Source: PVC group bacterium
GTDB lineage: Bacteria > Omnitrophota > Gorgyraeia > B26-G9
Direction of reading: 5' to 3'
NCBI GenBank assembly: GCA_024231215.1
Contig: JAAEQR010000072.1
Location: 257,210 to 321,209, forward strand
DNA: 64,000 nt
Shown one piece after another: positions 60,325 through 64,000 of this stretch. The position numbers and the translations under genes were made by a program. Each line of letters begins with the position of its first letter. Position 1 is the first letter of the stretch. The notes under the pieces were generated by a model. That model had not been told where the DNA came from. It did not search any database and saw only the letters and a program-made list of their open reading frames with translations.

Positions 60325-62163
60325 ATGAAATGGTTCAATAACCTTATGTTTTTGATCTGTATTGGGATGATGTTCCTTTATTATCCAGTCCAAATAAATG
60401 CTGCGGAAACAGCTTCTATTGATAATTCTTTTCGCCAAGAATTAAATACAAAGATTAACAATTTTTTCCAAGAGAAACAATTTGTAGAAGCAATAGAATA
60501 TTTAGAAGCGCTTAATGCAGAAAAAGTGGCTGAAGAAAACGCAGATTCTCTTTATATAGAATACTATTTGATGCTTACTAAAACAACTTATCTCGATTAT
60601 CTGGAGTCTGAAGAAGATTGGGAGAATTATTATAATTCTTATCAAGATCTTGATATAGAGATTATTGAAACAGCTGAGTATCTTGTTTCTGAGTATTCGG
60701 TTTCAGGTGTAATTGTTGATGTCCAGTCTCTTGCCTGGAAAGCATATATGCGGGAGGAAGATAAAGAGGCAGCTGACGGTGCATTTGATGCTTTAGTCGA
60801 TATGGTTATTGCCTATACGGCTGAACAGGGTGATATCGTCAAGTTTAAGGAATTAGCTGATTTAGTAAATAGTCAGGCTGGCTATTCGCAGATGAACACA
60901 TTGTTTGCTGAATATCGCGATTATCTTATAGAAACAGAGGCAGATATAAGTTCGGTTGATAGTTTATCAGAAGTTGCCCGTTCATACTTAGAAACCGAAG
61001 ATATAGATACAGCAATTATTATTTATGAACATTATATGGAGCTGCTTGCTGAGCATTATGATACAAATGAAAGTTTAGAAAAGTTAAGTATGATTGCGGA
61101 TAAATTCCGACATCACGGATTCTCTCCGGCGCAAGATGCTGATTTTGCCGAAACAGTATATGATTATGTGCAGCAGAAGTTTGGTTTGGAAGCTCTATCT
61201 GATATGGATATGCTGGCTCGGGCTTATAATTTAGAGTTAAACGGACAATATGAGCGTGCTTTCGAGGAATATAAAAATTTTGTAAAGATGTTTCCGGATA
61301 GCCAGTTCATACATGAAGCATATACGCGTCTAGGGGTGATTAGTTTTTATTGTTTATCAAAACCAGAGCAGGGGATTGCTTTTTTTCAAAAAGTTCTGGA
61401 GGATGCCGGAAATTCATTTAATGCCCCATTTTGTATGTATGAAATGGCCTTATTCTATCAATGGAATCAAGAGCATGATATGGCACGTGAATTATATTTG
61501 CAATTATCTGAAGGGGAAGGGATGTTTGCTGACTTAGCAGCGCAGCGTTTAGCAGAGATAGATGAGGGGGATCAAATGCAGAGTGATCTTACCTCTTTAT
61601 TTGATCTTGTTTTGAAGGAGAAAACAGAGGACTCTACGATAATTATGGAGCTGACGGCACAGCCGGATCGGGGTATTGTCGGAGAAGAGATAATATTAAC
61701 CGGAGTGGCACAGGATTTCTCTGCCGGGACAGTTCAACCGTCGTTTAGTTATGAATGGTTACGGGATACGGGGACAAGCGGAGATCCTGGTAATGTGACA
61801 GAATTTAAAACAACTTACGATACTCCCGGCCCGAAAATTGTCTGTTTTTCAGCAGAGGTAGCAGATAGCCGGGCAGTTATTGGTAAGGTTATATGGATTT
61901 ATGAGCTGGCAGTAAGTATGCCTGAGACAGAAGAGGTGAAAACCGGGGAGTCAGTAGATTTTAAAGCGCAGATTTCACCTCCGATCACAGAAGAAGATTA
62001 TTTAAAATGGGCCTGGACGCTTAGCGGTCCGGAAGAAGTTTCAGGGGAAGGTAAAGAGTTTAGTGCTGTATTTGCAGAAAGTGGTAGTTACGAAGGCCAG
62101 TTGGAAATTTCTAATGGCGAGATAAAAGCAGTAAAGAAGTTTACTTTTCAGGTAACCGAATAG
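60325..62163 (+). CDS. Exported TPR-repeat protein with C-terminal PKD/Ig-like domains
   Basis: Signal peptide. TPR-like GQYERAFEEYKNFVKMFPDS...A..RLG. PKD-like FSYEW...YDTPG and WAWTL...FAESGSY. Confidence 0.75.
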   Translation: MKWFNNLMFLICIGMMFLYYPVQINAAETASIDNSFRQELNTKINNFFQEKQFVEAIEYLEALNAEKVAEENADSLYIEYYLMLTKTTYLDYLESEEDWENYYNSYQDLDIEIIETAEYLVSEYSVSGVIVDVQSLAWKAYMREEDKEAADGAFDALVDMVIAYTAEQGDIVKFKELADLVNSQAGYSQMNTLFAEYRDYLIETEADISSVDSLSEVARSYLETEDIDTAIIIYEHYMELLAEHYDTNESLEKLSMIADKFRHHGFSPAQDADFAETVYDYVQQKFGLEALSDMDMLARAYNLELNGQYERAFEEYKNFVKMFPDSQFIHEAYTRLGVISFYCLSKPEQGIAFFQKVLEDAGNSFNAPFCMYEMALFYQWNQEHDMARELYLQLSEGEGMFADLAAQRLAEIDEGDQMQSDLTSLFDLVLKEKTEDSTIIMELTAQPDRGIVGEEIILTGVAQDFSAGTVQPSFSYEWLRDTGTSGDPGNVTEFKTTYDTPGPKIVCFSAEVADSRAVIGKVIWIYELAVSMPETEEVKTGESVDFKAQISPPITEEDYLKWAWTLSGPEEVSGEGKEFSAVFAESGSYEGQLEISNGEIKAVKKFTFQVTE

Positions 62164-62184
62164 ATAAGGAGATGTTTTCAATAC

Positions 62185-64000
62185 ATGCAAACCAAAGAGC
62201 GAAGAAAATATATTCGCTTAAATAAGATATTTCCTGTCGAATTACAAGTTGTAGACCTCCATAATAAACCGCTTAGCGGTCTTCTTCAAGGCTTTACCCG
62301 TGATGTTAGTTTTGAAGGTGTATGTATAGCAATCAATAATTTTGATCATCTGCATCTGGAAGCGCTTTTAAAACAACAAGCAAAAGTCATTCTCTTTTTA
62401 AATATACCTTTAAAACATGAATCGGTTAGAGCTGTATCTAGTTTAATATGGATGGAGAAATCGGATACTCCGTATGAGCACAGTTATCATTTGGGGATGA
62501 AGTATGAAGTAATAGATAAGGTAGAACAACGGCAGATTATACGGCATGCATGTTTTACCAGGCGTTTTCCGCGGGTGGTAGCTGTATGCTTTATTATTTT
62601 TGTTTTGTCTTCAATATACCTGTTGTTTGAAAATAGACGGCTTCTTTATGATAATAAATTGCTGGTAAAAGAAATAACAGTATTTTCCCATCGGCAGTTT
62701 GAGGTGCAGACAGCCTTGGACAAAATAGAGGCAGAAAAAATCATTGTGCACAAACTATTGCAAAATAGCAGTCAAGAGCTCAAAAATCTGAAAGGACAGG
62801 TTATTTTACTGGACCAGAGTTTACGAGATAAACAATTAAAAGATAGGACTGCTGTAGATTTGCTTATCAATGAACGTCGTCAGCTGGATAGACAATTGGC
62901 TTTATTGATAAAGGATAAAACAAAGTTGGAAGAAAAATTAAAAAATTATAGTGAGAATGAAACAGAATTAAAAACACAATTAGTTGATCTTAAGGGTAAA
63001 CGAATGCTTTTGGGGAGCAAGAGTTTGCAACTAATGTATAAGTGGCTTATATCCGCACAGTCTGGGAAAACAGGACTTGTGCTTAGTTATGAAGACGATT
63101 CGTCATTAATAGATGTTGGTTTTACGTATGATCAGGCACTAAGTGCTTTTAATTTTGTTTATTTTGAGGAATATACAAGGGCTGAAAAGATTTTTGATTT
63201 TTTTAAAACTAAAGCACAAAGAATAGAGGGAGGTTTTGCAAATGCATACGATGTTGTTAACGGCAGTGTAAATGAATACATTGTGCATAGTGGACCATCC
63301 AGCTATCTTGGTTTAGCAATGTTATATTATGAAGACAAGACCGGAAAGGGTAAATATCGTTCACTTGCTTGTGATATCGGAGATTGGGTTTTAACTCTAC
63401 AAAAAGAAAGTGATCAGGGGGGGGTATGCGGTGGTCCTGGGTTAACCTGGAGCAGTACCGAACAAAACTTAGCAGCATATGTTTTATTTAAGAATCTAGC
63501 TAAACGCACTCAAGAGCAGAAGTACTCAAGAGCTGCGGAAAAGATATTAGTTTGGTTAAAAGATGTGGCGTATAATCATAAACTTAAGCGGTTTAACCGT
63601 GGTGCTTCTGATGGAATGATTGCGACGGATGCTATTGCTCTAAGTATTTTGGCTTTGGGGCCGGCCGGATTAAGTGAAATAGGCATCGATGTAGAAGATT
63701 TGATCGTTTGTGTGGAAGAAAACTGTAAGATACAAGTATGGGTTAAGGATGTTTTCGGTAAAAGACAAAGTGTTACTGGCTATGATTTTTGTTCTCCGTC
63801 AAGTATTGGCAGGCGAGGGTTAGTGTCGGTTGAGTGGACGGCACAGATGGTTATAGCGTATAAAGAATTGAGCCGCTATTATTTGAAGGAAAATAATGAT
63901 AAAAAGGCTCGTAGATATATGAGTAAGGCAGATTACTATCTGGGAGAACTTGAGAAGTTATTGCTGGTTCGATCGTCCGGGTTTGGTGTCTCTAGAAGTA
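62185..64000 (+). CDS. 3'-truncated PilZ-TM-coiled coil-(alpha/alpha)6 glycosidase-like protein (absent from the ORF track)
   Basis: Own translation: MQTKERRKYIRL...RDVSFEG (PilZ), TM VVAVCFIIFVLSSIYLLF, a coiled coil, then TGLVLSYE, FTYDQAL, HSGP, WSSTEQN, VSVEWTAQ. Frame is open to the window end. Confidence 0.85.
   Translation, partial: MQTKERRKYIRLNKIFPVELQVVDLHNKPLSGLLQGFTRDVSFEGVCIAINNFDHLHLEALLKQQAKVILFLNIPLKHESVRAVSSLIWMEKSDTPYEHSYHLGMKYEVIDKVEQRQIIRHACFTRRFPRVVAVCFIIFVLSSIYLLFENRRLLYDNKLLVKEITVFSHRQFEVQTALDKIEAEKIIVHKLLQNSSQELKNLKGQVILLDQSLRDKQLKDRTAVDLLINERRQLDRQLALLIKDKTKLEEKLKNYSENETELKTQLVDLKGKRMLLGSKSLQLMYKWLISAQSGKTGLVLSYEDDSSLIDVGFTYDQALSAFNFVYFEEYTRAEKIFDFFKTKAQRIEGGFANAYDVVNGSVNEYIVHSGPSSYLGLAMLYYEDKTGKGKYRSLACDIGDWVLTLQKESDQGGVCGGPGLTWSSTEQNLAAYVLFKNLAKRTQEQKYSRAAEKILVWLKDVAYNHKLKRFNRGASDGMIATDAIALSILALGPAGLSEIGIDVEDLIVCVEENCKIQVWVKDVFGKRQSVTGYDFCSPSSIGRRGLVSVEWTAQMVIAYKELSRYYLKENNDKKARRYMSKADYYLGELEKLLLVRSSGFGVSRS

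Noticed and set aside
615-63478. Many short minus-strand and alternate-frame ORFs in the track
   Set aside because: They lie within or overlap long + strand genes, show no recognisable motifs, and look like antisense shadows.

Overview
AT-rich bacterial window in which every credible gene lies on the + strand. Its centre is a 32.2-kb giant ORF (18749-50941, 10,730 aa). From N to C it carries a signal-like segment, a near-complete SecA-like ATPase, ~10 TM helices, coiled coils, a beta-barrel-like region, TolC-like repeats, two (alpha/alpha)6 glycosidase-like domains, a YD/RHS-like region, a clan GH-A TIM barrel lacking its nucleophile, and a membrane-embedded GT2-like processive synthase. Upstream lie three paralogues with TIKI/TraB/ChaN/EreA-like metal motifs and several large exported unknowns. 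Five genes, including the giant, share an N-terminal L[SA]P box (four also have a L[IV]Q[AT]F h-region) and a C-terminal [VI]x[QA][AS]I* tail, which looks like an undescribed targeting or processing signal. Downstream is a glycan locus: a GPH sugar symporter, two GH-A hydrolases, three CBM-like paralogues, a TPR/PKD protein and a PilZ-TM-(alpha/alpha)6 protein cut by the window end. Two stand-alone PilZ genes bracket the giant gene. Non-coding features include sigma70 promoters, a shared 26-bp upstream motif, a leader terminator before the giant gene, two in-frame palindromic insertions, GTAG REP-like elements and a duplicated structured leader. The layout resembles Candidatus Omnitrophota giant-gene loci (inference only). 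All domain calls are by eye; no searches were run.
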